The notes under the pieces are model-generated. The model did no database searches and was not told where the DNA came from. It was given only the letters and a program-made list of their open reading frames with translations. The translations under genes were made by a program, and so were the position numbers. 64,000 nucleotides of DNA, taken from positions 22,220,560 to 22,284,559 of the forward strand of contig NC_134027.1 in the NCBI RefSeq assembly GCF_964204645.1, given 5' to 3'. Origin of the DNA: Tubulanus polymorphus (lineage: Eukaryota > Animalia > Nemertea). Numbering within the stretch: position 1 is the first letter of the stretch; each line of letters begins with the position of its first letter. This document shows positions 1-11,180 of the stretch, piece after piece.

Positions 1-205
1 GTCCTTGAAAATGGTGTTTTGTCCACGATACAGTAATTGATAAGTTAGGCATGTCTGAACCCAACCGTAGCTAACATTTGGTTTGAAACTAAACCATTTG
101 CCATTGAGGTAACGGTTTAAAAAGCGTGTTCGACTGTATCACGAACTGCGGGACTGTTTCAATTTACAACAGAATTCATCGCTTGTGTTCGTACTTGTTT
201 TTCAG

Positions 206-392
206 AAGAGAATTGGATCAACGAATTGAGAAGAAACTTTCCGATTTGGACGATATGACGAAAGTAATCGAAGCGTATCAGTCAGTAGGAATGGGATTCG
301 ATGAATTAGTGAATGAATATTCGAAATTGAAACAACATTACGACATGCAAAAACTGGCATTAACCGATTTAGCTTTAAATATGGCATCGTAA
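206..392 (+). CDS. HAUS4: Terminal exon of a HAUS augmin-like complex subunit 4-like gene (upstream exons outside the window)
   Basis: Acceptor ttgtttttcag ends at 205. The peptide RELDQRIEKKLSDLDDMTKVIEAYQSVGMGFDELVNEYSKLKQHYDMQKLALTDL matches the HAUS4 C-terminal pattern as I recall it (Y..LG..FD.LV.EY..LKQ......AL.E/D). AATAAA at about 488. Confidence 0.65.
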
Positions 393-1439
393 CTTTTGAG
401 TATTGGTTTCCTATTCCTAGAGGTTCAGTAGATGTCAGAATTACCGGTGCGTATAAATGAATTGATATTTGTATCAAAAAGTTGTTCAATAAAATAATCC
501 ATATTTTCATAGACTTAATGTATTGGTTCTTGGGCTTCCATGTGACCATTGTCTAGTTCCGTATGTGTTTGTATAGGATTAGGATTAGGATTTTATTTTC
601 ACTACAACCATTTCTATGGTACATGGAATGAGACTTATATTAAGTGCCACACGTGAAAATTCATATATATCCTTTTGTTTTCATTTGATTCTACCACGAG
701 AGAAATCTGTCGACAATTTGGTGTCGTAAAATACAAATTCTCGCATTGTCGCCTGAAATTTTTCTAAAACGAACCAAAAGCCGGCCATAAAGAAATCCGA
801 ATGCGGCGTCGACGAGTCGAACCGTATCCTGAAGTTTGAATAAAGAAAATTTTTAACGTAGCGTAACGTGTCTTACATATATTCAGTTAATCTCGCTCGC
901 AAAGAACATAATATTCGGAATATTTTTTTAACGGATAAAGAAATTAACCATGCAGCTTTTTTTTCTTTGAAATCTAGGCGTTATAATCACAACCAATTCC
1001 GCCTACACAGGTAGTACCGGCACCGGCAAAATGTTGCCGCATAGATTTTCGGACTTTTTTTCGCATTGTCAAGTACGAATGGGGAGAGAACATATTTTGG
1101 TTATTCTGCTCCATTATACTGTATTATTTTTGTTTTTTTGTTGTTTTGTTTTGTTGTTTTTTTTCTATTCTCCATGTCTCTTGTTTGTCCTGTCCACTTT
1201 ATTGAAAATGTCAATCCAATGATGTATATGTTGAACATTAAGGATCAATAAAGTTATTTTGAATTTGAATTCTACCAGTTTGAACGGATTAACGAATAGA
1301 CCGGTACCGCTTAAAGCAGAATCAATGTGTGACCCCCTGGCAATCGCTTTGCTGGGATGTCATTATATTTGACAGTTCCTTGTAGGTATAATAATGAAAA
1401 CGCATGCATCTTTTCTTCTGAACGTTTTATGTTCAGAGA

Positions 1440-4187
1440 TTAGTTATCCAGCAGCACCATACGGCGAAACTCATGCATGTATTTGTTTTTAGCGCGGCAC
1501 ACGTAATTCGAATCCCAGCCGGTCACATCAGCTGCAGTCGGGGAATTGATGATCAAACGAGCCAAAACCCGCGTGGAATGTCGAGATGTGACGATCTCTA
1601 CGTTACCCGTTGGCGCTATTTCGGAGGCTGCCCTTTCGAACGCGCTCAAATCGTGGATCCGACCTGTCTGACGCGTTCGATAGAAACGCACGTCCGGTAG
1701 CGGATAGCCGGTTGCATCGCAGTTCAACATAACCTGAAAAAGAAGTTGAACCATCTTTAGTTATCACATCTCTTAATACATTATATCTAAGATATGACAA
1801 AAAAAAAATAATCGGTATATCTAACCCGTTTTCTAAACAGGAAAACACTTTGGTGTGTTCGTAATGCAGGGGATCCGGGCACTAATTTTGAAGAACTTTG
1901 CACATTTCAAAGGGCCACTTTGATGTCCGAAAATGCAATATTGTATACAGGCACGCTAATTGCCCTAGTCCCCATGGATTTGCCCGTGAAATAGAAACTA
2001 AACAGAAAAAGGTGCCAATATCGTAATTCGTACCAGATTTCGTAAGAATACAAAAAGTTATATTTACATGTATAATGAAAATTAGTTCATCTTCGATGAA
2101 ATTTACAAGATGTAAAGAAGCGTGGTAACTGAGTAAGCACTATAGCGAACTTAGTGTATCCTCGCTTGCCACAGTAGCGGTGTCGGTACCGCATTGTGTC
2201 AAAGTTTATCAAAACTGAAATTAATTTCGCGATTTTTTACGCCCGAATACGCCCAGCTATAAGCTTATCTTTTTGCGATGGAATAGGAGCATCAGTTCTG
2301 TTATAGTTATGCGGTAAAATTCAACTGTTAATTTAGGATTAGAACTTAGTCCATAAAGGCTCCTGAAAATTTGCCTCTTCTTTCGAGAACCTTGGCGTCT
2401 AGGTTTTACCAACAACTATGGGACTGTTAATGGATGGACCCTGGGCTGAGAGTAATTTCTTAGCCGGGTTCAGGATTGGGCCGATGAATTTAGAGTATCT
2501 ATTGGGCGTAATAGTGACTCCAGTCAAATCTACTCGTTTGTATTCAATTAATTTCAATATTCAATCCACCTATCTTGGGTCATTTCGATCCGGGCGGCAT
2601 TTTCATTTGTACGAATACATATATTACCCGTTTCTTGCTCGTTGAATTGTTCACCACATGCGTTTCGGTGTTCGAAATGAATCTAACCGGTTCGAACCCC
2701 ACAAACTTGATCATTTTCGTTTGCAACGCGTGGCGATATCCGACCTCCAATTTCCATCGTTCATCGAAAATCGCTGACCGGCTACCATCCACTTCGAAGT
2801 AGGCCATAAGATAGTTATTCCATTCTATTTTCGACACCGGTTTAACCAGATTGCCATTGCTACTTGTCATCCAAATATTAGGGCGCGGATAAGCCACAGC
2901 CAATACCATAATCACGTTCATCCCTTTGCGGTCTATAGGCACCGAGCCGAACATCCCCAACGCGTCAGTCTTAGCCTGCCATAACCGATGATGCAACCAA
3001 TCCGTGTACAAGATAACGTTTCTAATCTTTCCAGAATCACTTTTCCTAGTGACGAATGTGCAAAAAGTGGAGATAATTTGAATCACGTTGTCGACGCTCA
3101 AGTCTTTGTAAGGACCAGACACGCAGTATTCACCTGCGATATCATTCATCGCGTTCAGTCTAGCGACATTTTTCGTCTCGAAAGTCTGATCGTCAATCCA
3201 TCTGCTGTACGATCCACCTCTATCCAACGTGTTCCAGTAGTCATCTATTCTTTGGCCGTCGTTTCCGAGTAACCGGTACCAGTTACCTTCCACAACGACG
3301 TCTTTCTTACCGCGAGCAAATTGCGGTGCCGCATCAGTGACGTCTATTGTCAGGCGTCGTTCCAGATTTACCTTACCATCGACGGCATCTTCTACGAATA
3401 CAGTTTCCGGTGACCCGGTCACTCTACCTAGTGGAACGTTGCGCACGATTGCCAATTCTCCAGCATTTATGTTGACATGGGCAATGTATAATTGGCAGCC
3501 GGTCAGTTTCAACATCAGTCTGTAAACTCCTAGTAGTCCACTAGATTCGGGCGCTGATTTGAGTTCCAAACGTGTTGTAGTTGACGAACCTGAAGTCTGT
3601 TGAGATATTCTTCCGTATCTGCCGTCGTCTGAAAATGTAAATCTTCATTATTTGGTTAGAAAACCTAGGCCGAACAAAGATAATTTGTTTCCCTTTAATA
3701 TACCATGACTGCACTAGGGTCGTCTTTCAAAATAACTGTAATAAATACATATCATCATTCTAATTACAGTCAAAGTTCCTTATACCACCATCCGTAATAC
3801 CACCGAATTCACCTATCTCCTAGAATTTTTCTTTTGGACACAGTTAATTTGGTATCTCCACAGAATTTAGTCAAAACGTCAAATGTTGGATTTTCACTTG
3901 TCTATGGAAACCGATATCAATGTATCTTTTTTGGTTCAATGATTTTTAGTCATGATTATGAAGATATAAAATGGAAAATTACCCGAACTCGTAATTGGCA
4001 CTTCTCGCGATGAAGGAAACCGGACGTACCAGTAGGCTTCCGATGACAGGTTGGTTTCTATAGTGACCGATATGACCAGCGGCTTGTGTGGCTCGTACTT
4101 GGAAACTTCAATTCGCCGAATCCATCCGAGATTATTCGAGCACTGGCCCTGCGCGGCCGCAGCAACGCAAGGCTTCACGATGCATCC
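1440..4187 (-). pseudogene. Decayed multi-exon gene for a secreted immunoglobulin-like domain protein
   Basis: Exons 4187-3983 (tgtag| ... G|gtaatt), 3628-~2402 (ttttcag|, phase 1 compatible) and 1733-1440 (ttttcag|VMLNCDATGYPLPDVRF...YVCRAKN, an I-set Ig signature). The long exon appears to carry a 1-nt deletion near 2625 and a 17-nt insertion near 2545-2561, and has no GT donor after ...PIVVGKT at 2402. Confidence 0.6.
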
Positions 4188-4280
4188 CTACAAACAAGAT
4201 TGAAAACAGATGAGGTATCTGTGGCGACTATGGCAATTGAGAAAATACCAGGTTCGCTAGTGTGCATATCAACAACGATG

Positions 4281-4420
4281 GCGGAATAGGAAGATTACGG
4301 ACAGTGCGCTTCCCGCGACGCCGGTCACCATCCAGAAATAAATGTAAATGTTAAACGTGTACCAAACGGCGTTCTGCCACGTGCGAGAAAAGAACACTCG
4401 CGAGGTAGCGTTCAAACTCA
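4281..4420 (-). pseudogene. 5' fragment (about 47 codons, N-terminus and TM1) of a paralog of the 6536-7510 GPCR
   Basis: MSLNATSRVFFSRTWQNAVWYTFNIYIYFWMVTGVAGSALSVIFLFR is nearly identical to the start of 6536-7510. Homology then stops and a TGA follows. Upstream DNA at about 4420-5000 resembles about 7510-8070. Confidence 0.85.
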
Positions 4421-6535
4421 TACTCTCTCCAGTGAATATCTCTTAGGAGCCTGTTTTATAACCACCCAGTTCTTGGCTGGATGCTTCCTCGTTCGAGTCG
4501 AAAGACTTCGCTTGTAAGAGCCTTTCTACTTTGTCGTTCTGTTCATCTATTTCGCAAGGCTCCCCCGGGTTGCTAGGTCTGTTGACTGCTCATACACCAC
4601 CACAGATGGCATCGACGCGACAGTGTTATGCATGCAGATCTTACTTTTTGCTTCACCTTCTTGTCCACACGGACTGATCGAATAGGTATCCCCGGAGAGT
4701 AAGTGTGTCTCGAATGATAATGGATGCACTTTGAATCGAATTTTTAACGAACAACTAAGAGCGCCACTCGCTATTGCCCGACTATTAATGCCTTTTCACT
4801 CATATAGTAAACCATTTAATGAATTTATTACACCGCTCAACATGATTTTAAGAGCGTACACTTGAAAGCTACTCTTTGCAAAAAAATTAGCTGACAATTT
4901 TAACAAATCGACGCGTATGAACCATTCTTAACGAACACCATTAGAGAAGGTATATACACACCGACGATGAATAGTTAGTGACATTAAAGCCATTGTTGAT
5001 TTTTTTACCGATAACAGTTCATTTTGCCTCCAATACTAACAATTATTAATACAAGGTGGCTGCCTTCTGAATCCACCCCTCTACGACATATCAAATATCA
5101 TCTCTGATCGATCTTTTCAGTCATGCATTTGGGACAAGTCTATAGATGATTTCAGAGGATGGCCACCTCTCCGTAATTAGATTTCCGTAACGAATTTGTT
5201 GTCAGCTTTCGCTTTCACGCGACTTATTATCATTCAGCCTTCGACTTCACACATGTCCAATGCGGAGTGGATCGATGTTGCCTGTAAAATGGTACTACGT
5301 GGTCAATTAAATAACGGAAAATCTGGTGGAGCAAAATAACAGCAGAACATCGCGAGCTTGCTAGTTAGAAAGATACCCACGATAAACGAAGTTTAAAGCC
5401 CTTTATATCATATATTATAAAGATCATAAATAAATATCAATTAACACGTCACTGCCAGAACTACTTTCAAGATTTTGGGTTTATTAAGGTTTCAATTGAT
5501 CCGAACATTCCGGTCAGTTTGCCCTCAAGAACATTCGCAATTTACCTTAGAAAAAAGGGTTCGAATACCGATCGCTAGAACCTGCTTTGAACCTTATTAC
5601 ACCTAGAATATATAATGTAAGAAAAACCACTGTTACCAAATATGAACACTTTTTATTGAGATTCAAACTGAATAATGCAATCTGAGATTGAGATCAATAT
5701 AATTTAAATGACAAACGAGATTTTTCACTCTCTCCCTCCCTACCAGTCAGCTGTTTTTATTTTGTGAACGTTGCAAAATACAATGGTCGATGCAGCGTCC
5801 TTATTAAAGACAGTCGAACATCTCTGGTTAATTGTAAGTCATAATCGGGAATTAGGAAATATCTACATTTGAAAGATCAAAGGTTGAGACCTGATAGATC
5901 AACTTGATCATTTATTAAGTACTGCCTCGTCAGATATCAAATCATCACGCCCGATATCGATAAATAGCGGGCGTGATATCACGAATCGTAACAAAAACTA
6001 CGTATCAAAAATCCATAGAATAGTAGTAAACTTAAACATTACTACTATTTCCTTTATCAAAAGGTCATGGCTGCTATTTCTTTTCCAATATTTTTTTCAT
6101 AGTTTTAGACTCAACGAATCGGGCATTGAATCCCCCACTAGCTCTGGGAATAAGACCGCTTCGATACGCGTTTTATCATCCATGCTGGCCAGGGTTTCAT
6201 TTGCCTACCGTCAATACTCACGCCAAAACAAGCTCTGGCCGCCAGTTCAGCACCCACCGGTCTATGTATAAACCAATGAGATGCGTTGTTTCTCATCGGC
6301 AGATTCGTTCTATCAATACTACGAACCTGATTGGCTAGATATATTAACAAAAGCTCTTAATATGTAATACCAGCCAGAACCAAAATAGAGCGTAGACTGA
6401 TCGCTTTATGTTATATCGGCTATGGAACTAAAATTTACTTTGTTTTAATGATCTAATGTTGTTTGATTGGCCCATTGAAGCTTATTGTCATAGACCTACG
6501 CCTTGATTGTGCGACCGGTTAACGACTGATGATGT

Positions 6536-7510
6536 TTACCGGATCCTGGTGACAAGACGCGTCAATTCGTGGCGAAACAATTTCAAATTAGCCACGTAAA
6601 TAAAGAAGTTGACGCCGCTGTTAGTGATCATCATGACTCCTCCGATCATGTTAGATAAATTTTGCAGATGCACCGGCAATTGTGACTGCACAGTCGACGT
6701 GCCCTGTAGGGTTTCAAACACCGCGCTGGGCACGTTGAATAGGAAATACGCCACGGTTATGCAAATCAGATTGCGCACGCATCTGCGTTCCTGTCCTGAT
6801 GTGTTCGTGTTTTTGAAGCGAGCGTCTCGTCTGGCGAACTGACTGGCGATCAGTGCAGTGGATACGGCAAAACCGCAAAAAGGGATTATTATAGTCACAA
6901 CATACGTATAAATGATCTTGATTTTAGTCGAGATACCCGGGACCATATACCATTCACAATGTCTCGTTACGCTGCCGTCGTGACTCTGGTAGGTTTTCAG
7001 GTAAAACTGGCCGATCATCGCGCTCTCGGAAACAGTGAAATATGCGAATACCGATAAGACCAAATACCATCGTCGAGTCCGCGTCACGAATCTTCCGACC
7101 TGTAACGGCGCCAACACGGCTACGCTGCGCTCAACGGCGAAACACAACAGCACCCAAGAAGAGGTTTTCATACCGATACTGATCAGAAACATACCCAGCT
7201 TACAGGAGACATCGCTAATCGCGAAGAACATGTATTTACCGTGAAAATTACCGGCCACGATATGAATCCGCTCGAGCGCTTTCAGCGAGAATGTAACGAC
7301 GAAAATCGAATCGGAGAAGGCCAGCGGTACCAGGTACTGAAAGCTGCACGCGTCTATAGAGCGACGCACACGGAACAGAATGATTACGGACAGTGCGCTT
7401 CCCGCGAAACCGGTCATCATCCAGAAATAGATGTAAATGTTAAACGTGTACCAAACGGCGTTCTGCCAGGTGCGAGAAAAGAAAACTTGCGAGGTGGCGT
7501 TCAAACTCAT
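6536..7510 (-). CDS. Single-exon rhodopsin-like (class A) peptide-receptor-like GPCR, 324 aa
   Basis: Seven hydrophobic segments with LAFSD (TM2), C-K at the TM3 start, SSWVLLCFAVERSVAV (DRY-equivalent), FNVP (TM6) and NSGVNFFIY...FR (TM7/H8). Confidence 0.9.
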   Translation of the reverse strand: MSLNATSQVFFSRTWQNAVWYTFNIYIYFWMMTGFAGSALSVIILFRVRRSIDACSFQYLVPLAFSDSIFVVTFSLKALERIHIVAGNFHGKYMFFAISDVSCKLGMFLISIGMKTSSWVLLCFAVERSVAVLAPLQVGRFVTRTRRWYLVLSVFAYFTVSESAMIGQFYLKTYQSHDGSVTRHCEWYMVPGISTKIKIIYTYVVTIIIPFCGFAVSTALIASQFARRDARFKNTNTSGQERRCVRNLICITVAYFLFNVPSAVFETLQGTSTVQSQLPVHLQNLSNMIGGVMMITNSGVNFFIYVANLKLFRHELTRLVTRIR

Positions 7511-7764
7511 TCCGCTCTACACAGAACCGTTGAATAATAACCGCCCAATTTGCATTCCAGTTCTATCCATGTCACATGGCTACCTGACAAGGCTCGCTCT
7601 GGTGGTTGACCCGGTAACTTGCGGTCTGTTGACTGGTCACAATGCCGCCGATTTATATAGATAGACCAGCGAAAGTATCGACGCGATAATGTGTATTAAT
7701 ATGTGTGCAGGCCTTAGTAAAGATGGCTTAGCTTTGTGCCACGGCCCGATCGAGTGAGAGAGTG

Positions 7765-7767
<3 letters not shown>

Positions 7768-7803
<36 letters not shown>
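7768..7803. repeat. (GA)n microsatellite upstream of the GPCR
   Basis: Visible GA tract; absent from the paralogous upstream region near 4700. Confidence 0.95.
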
Positions 7804-7807
<4 letters not shown>

Positions 7808-8367
7808 GATAATGGATGCACATTAGTATATTCATCGCACCATCATCCCTACCGCTATCGCTCCCCGTTAATGCGTTTCAAGTAATTGCCAGCCATTGAG
7901 TTCAAATCGAATCGCCAATAGATAACATTTAGAACGCAAACTCGAAAACTGTTCTCTGAGACGATAAGCTCTTTACGAAATTCGACACGTATCAAGCCTT
8001 CTTAACGAATATCATCCGAGAAAGTATACATTTCGACAATAAATAGTTATATTTAGAGCCATCGTTGATAATAGTGCGTTTCGATTCTTATAGCTCTACT
8101 ATGAGTAATTCATTTGGCGTGTATTTCTTCAAAGATATATAATACCGGGGTTGGCCCCAACTTCATCTGATAGATGCCTTTTCGTTTTTGTTCCTATTTT
8201 ATAGATTTCCTGTGCTCACGAATGACGGCTCTACACCATTTTGAGATTTTTGTCCATAATTTTCTAAGGACTAACCGGAAAATCTGTGAATTCCAGATAT
8301 TTTCCAGGATTTCTCCAATTTCTCAGAAAAGCCAAAAAATGTTTCAAATTGAGAAATAGTCAAATTG

Positions 8368-10760
8368 TCTAAAAGAAGCGACTATGTCTATGATCTCTTC
8401 ACTTACTGTATAGAACGTTGTTAACAACGTCAAAATCAGCTTCAAGTTCGTCTCCATAGTCAGCTATGCGACAAGAAATGTGTAAAACAAACGAATAGCA
8501 ATTCGCGTGCTTTATGAAATAATCACAATATTTGGCACATAACTCTCATTCGTTTCGTGGCAATTGGCAGTAATTTCTCAAAACATATATACATGTTCTA
8601 ATTTCCAGACAGGGAATCTATTTGAAATTATACGTCATTACATAACCACAAAATGTTACTGATGAAGTAATAGCCTCTTCTGTAATAAGGGTCGTAACGT
8701 GGTACGACCTTGTTTGGTCGGCATGCACAACGGGGTACCCGCAGTGGTGCTGTGGCAATCGAGGATTCCATTTATGGCAGGCGAGGATCCGACAGGTTCG
8801 CTAGTAGAGAGTTGGTCGGCCGCGTTAGATTTCTTCTACATTTCAATTAAGTCTAAATGAAATTTTCTCACAAATGAATCAATTATTAATGAAAACTATA
8901 CCGATATCCGAGTGGAAGAATGAAAGTATTGTATGTTTGGTGGGTGCCGTGATAATATATGGATTCGGGAGTCTAAAACTCATGTTCATAGTTCATTGAA
9001 AATGAAATAATTTTGACCAAGGACGAATTACTGCTCATCACGCCATCTGGCGGGATAGGTGGTTTTGCAGGTATATATTGACTATATCGTCGGGTACCCC
9101 ATTCCAATGAGCGGAAGTTAATATGATGTTTGAGCCTGAGCTTGAAAGTTATGATCACAGGCAGATATTGAGCTCTATGGCCAACACATAACATCATAAA
9201 TTGGTCCGCTAATAAAGTGTTTTGTGGTATAGATGACACGTTTGTATGAATTTGTGCTGAAAATAGATAATTTGTCAGGAATTAAGGACCAAAAATTGGC
9301 AATATTTTTGATACAAACTGAGAAAGTATGAAAACATTTGAGAACGCGTTTACTGTTTTTGAATATACACGGGGTGTATTTCGAACATGCTTTAAATTCC
9401 GGTACTGCTGTGCATTTCGGTGTGAGAATGATAACGGTCTGTTAATCAATGATTGAAAAAATGGAACCACGTTTTTAAGATACTTTATCAACATGTCTTA
9501 GTTAAAACAAAAACAAAAATCACAGGAAATAATACGTAGAGCTTAGGTTTCAATTTTACTTATCATGAGGACTCTACGTTCGACTGTGGCAATCGACGAT
9601 TCCACTTGTGGCAAGCGGGGATCCACCAGGTTGACAGGGTCGTCGCACTGATTTGCACGCCATCTAGTGGGATAGCCGGTGGCACGGAGTCCTCATCACG
9701 AAGTGGTACTTTCACAAATTCGTTCAATTCTTACCCAACCTCACTATAGCTACGCACCTGAAAGTTGATTGATATCGAGGGATTACATTGATTAACAGGG
9801 GATTTTAGCTAACAGTGAATTATTGAGGTTATCTCAACAGAAGCCTTTTTTCGTAAAACGTTCGGATGATGTATGCTTCGTTGCACGGCAAGATATCAAG
9901 TTTCATTAGTCAAGATAACACAATGTCTGTGGAAGCTTAAGCCGTGTGTGAACGTGAACGGCCCTTCGGGTAAGCAAATTTGGAAAGTTATTCTAGACGA
10001 AAATATTTCAAATGCAAAACGAATTTGGCCTTTTTGCCTTGTCATCCCTTGCGAATTCAATTTGAATCTGACCCCAATTCTAAAGATTGGGGATTCAATT
10101 TGGTGGATAGAATTTTAAAAAGTCGCATAATGAAAGTGAACAAATTCTGGCCCATTTCAATTCATTGCGTCATTTATGGAATTTGTATATACCAGGTAAA
10201 AATGCAGGTGCAAATTAGCATTCCGTGACTGTAAACCGGGCCGCTTCTATTGGAAATAATAAACTAATTATTAATGGTGTGAATATCAATTCTCCACGTT
10301 GCAGTCTTAAAAACGAAATTCAATATATTCTCAAAACGTTTCTCTTTCCTGATATTGCAGTGAAGCATAGTATCCATAATGGTAGTCAACGCACATTTAC
10401 AATACATTTTACGTAAATTGGTACATTTTACGTAAATTCGTTTATTGAATTTCAGTGTAAAAGAAGTATCTTGGAGATTACGTGCCAGTGGTACAGTAAG
10501 AACATAATCTATATAATTATGTATCATCAACGTTTGAAGATTCCTTTCCCCGCTCGTATCTTCTTAAAAAATTATTTTCATGTTAGGTTGCTGTTCATCC
10601 TTCTTCAGAAAATGTACATCCACGTGTTTTAGCGACGTCCTATTTATTGTCAGCGACCTGAAAGAAGAGTTCCATCAGCTTTAAGGCACCATTCGACTCT
10701 ATAGATTTCAGTAAGGACAAAAAGACAATGATTAATTCAATTATTTGTACAATCACATTT
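8368..10760 (-). pseudogene. Probable decayed gene for a secreted protein with a C-terminal PAN/Apple-like Cys pattern (copies at about 19764-22049 and 31612-33925)
   Basis: Signal-peptide-like start IVQIIELIIVFLSLLKSIES, an internal duplicated motif ACHKWN.RLPQ, and a C-terminal ECRELCAKYC...NCYSFVLHISCRIADYGDELEADFDVVNNVLYSK (clearest in unit 3). Many stops and frameshifts, so the gene model is uncertain. Confidence 0.4.
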
Positions 10761-11180
10761 TACCACACGTTGCTAAAGATGTGGAACAAGTCCCGGGCGT
10801 CAAGTATAACGTTTGTTGATTGTTTATATATCAATATAACGGCTTTAGCGACATTGGCTGTGCTCTAGGACAACCAGCGGGAAAAATGGCTTCAACGAAA
10901 GCTGCAATTATCTATTGTTCTATTCGAAAAACGCGCTGAAGATTTGGCTTGGAAAACTGGTCGATATTGTCGCCAGTCTATTGATTTCCAATTAGATGAA
11001 TTAGTTGATAGTTTCAGCCATATTTAATTTTTTTGAAAAACAATGAGTTTACCGTGCAGCATGTCAGTGTTTCTTTGTTTCGATATTTTAATAATAGATG
11101 AGCTACGCTTCGCGTTCAAAAAGGATGTAATTCACTACTCTTTGTAGATTCGTAGTTAGAGGGAAGAAATTGCGACGGCA

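Noticed and set aside
1040-1272. AATAAA plus (TTGAAT)n tail suggesting a retroelement 3' end (similar ends near 14850, 46080, 49340, 51740)
   Set aside because: No coding remnant or TSD to define an element, so it is not listed as a feature.
5944-5980. Short hairpin atcacgcccg...cgggcgtgat
   Set aside because: Isolated 10-bp stem with no supporting context.
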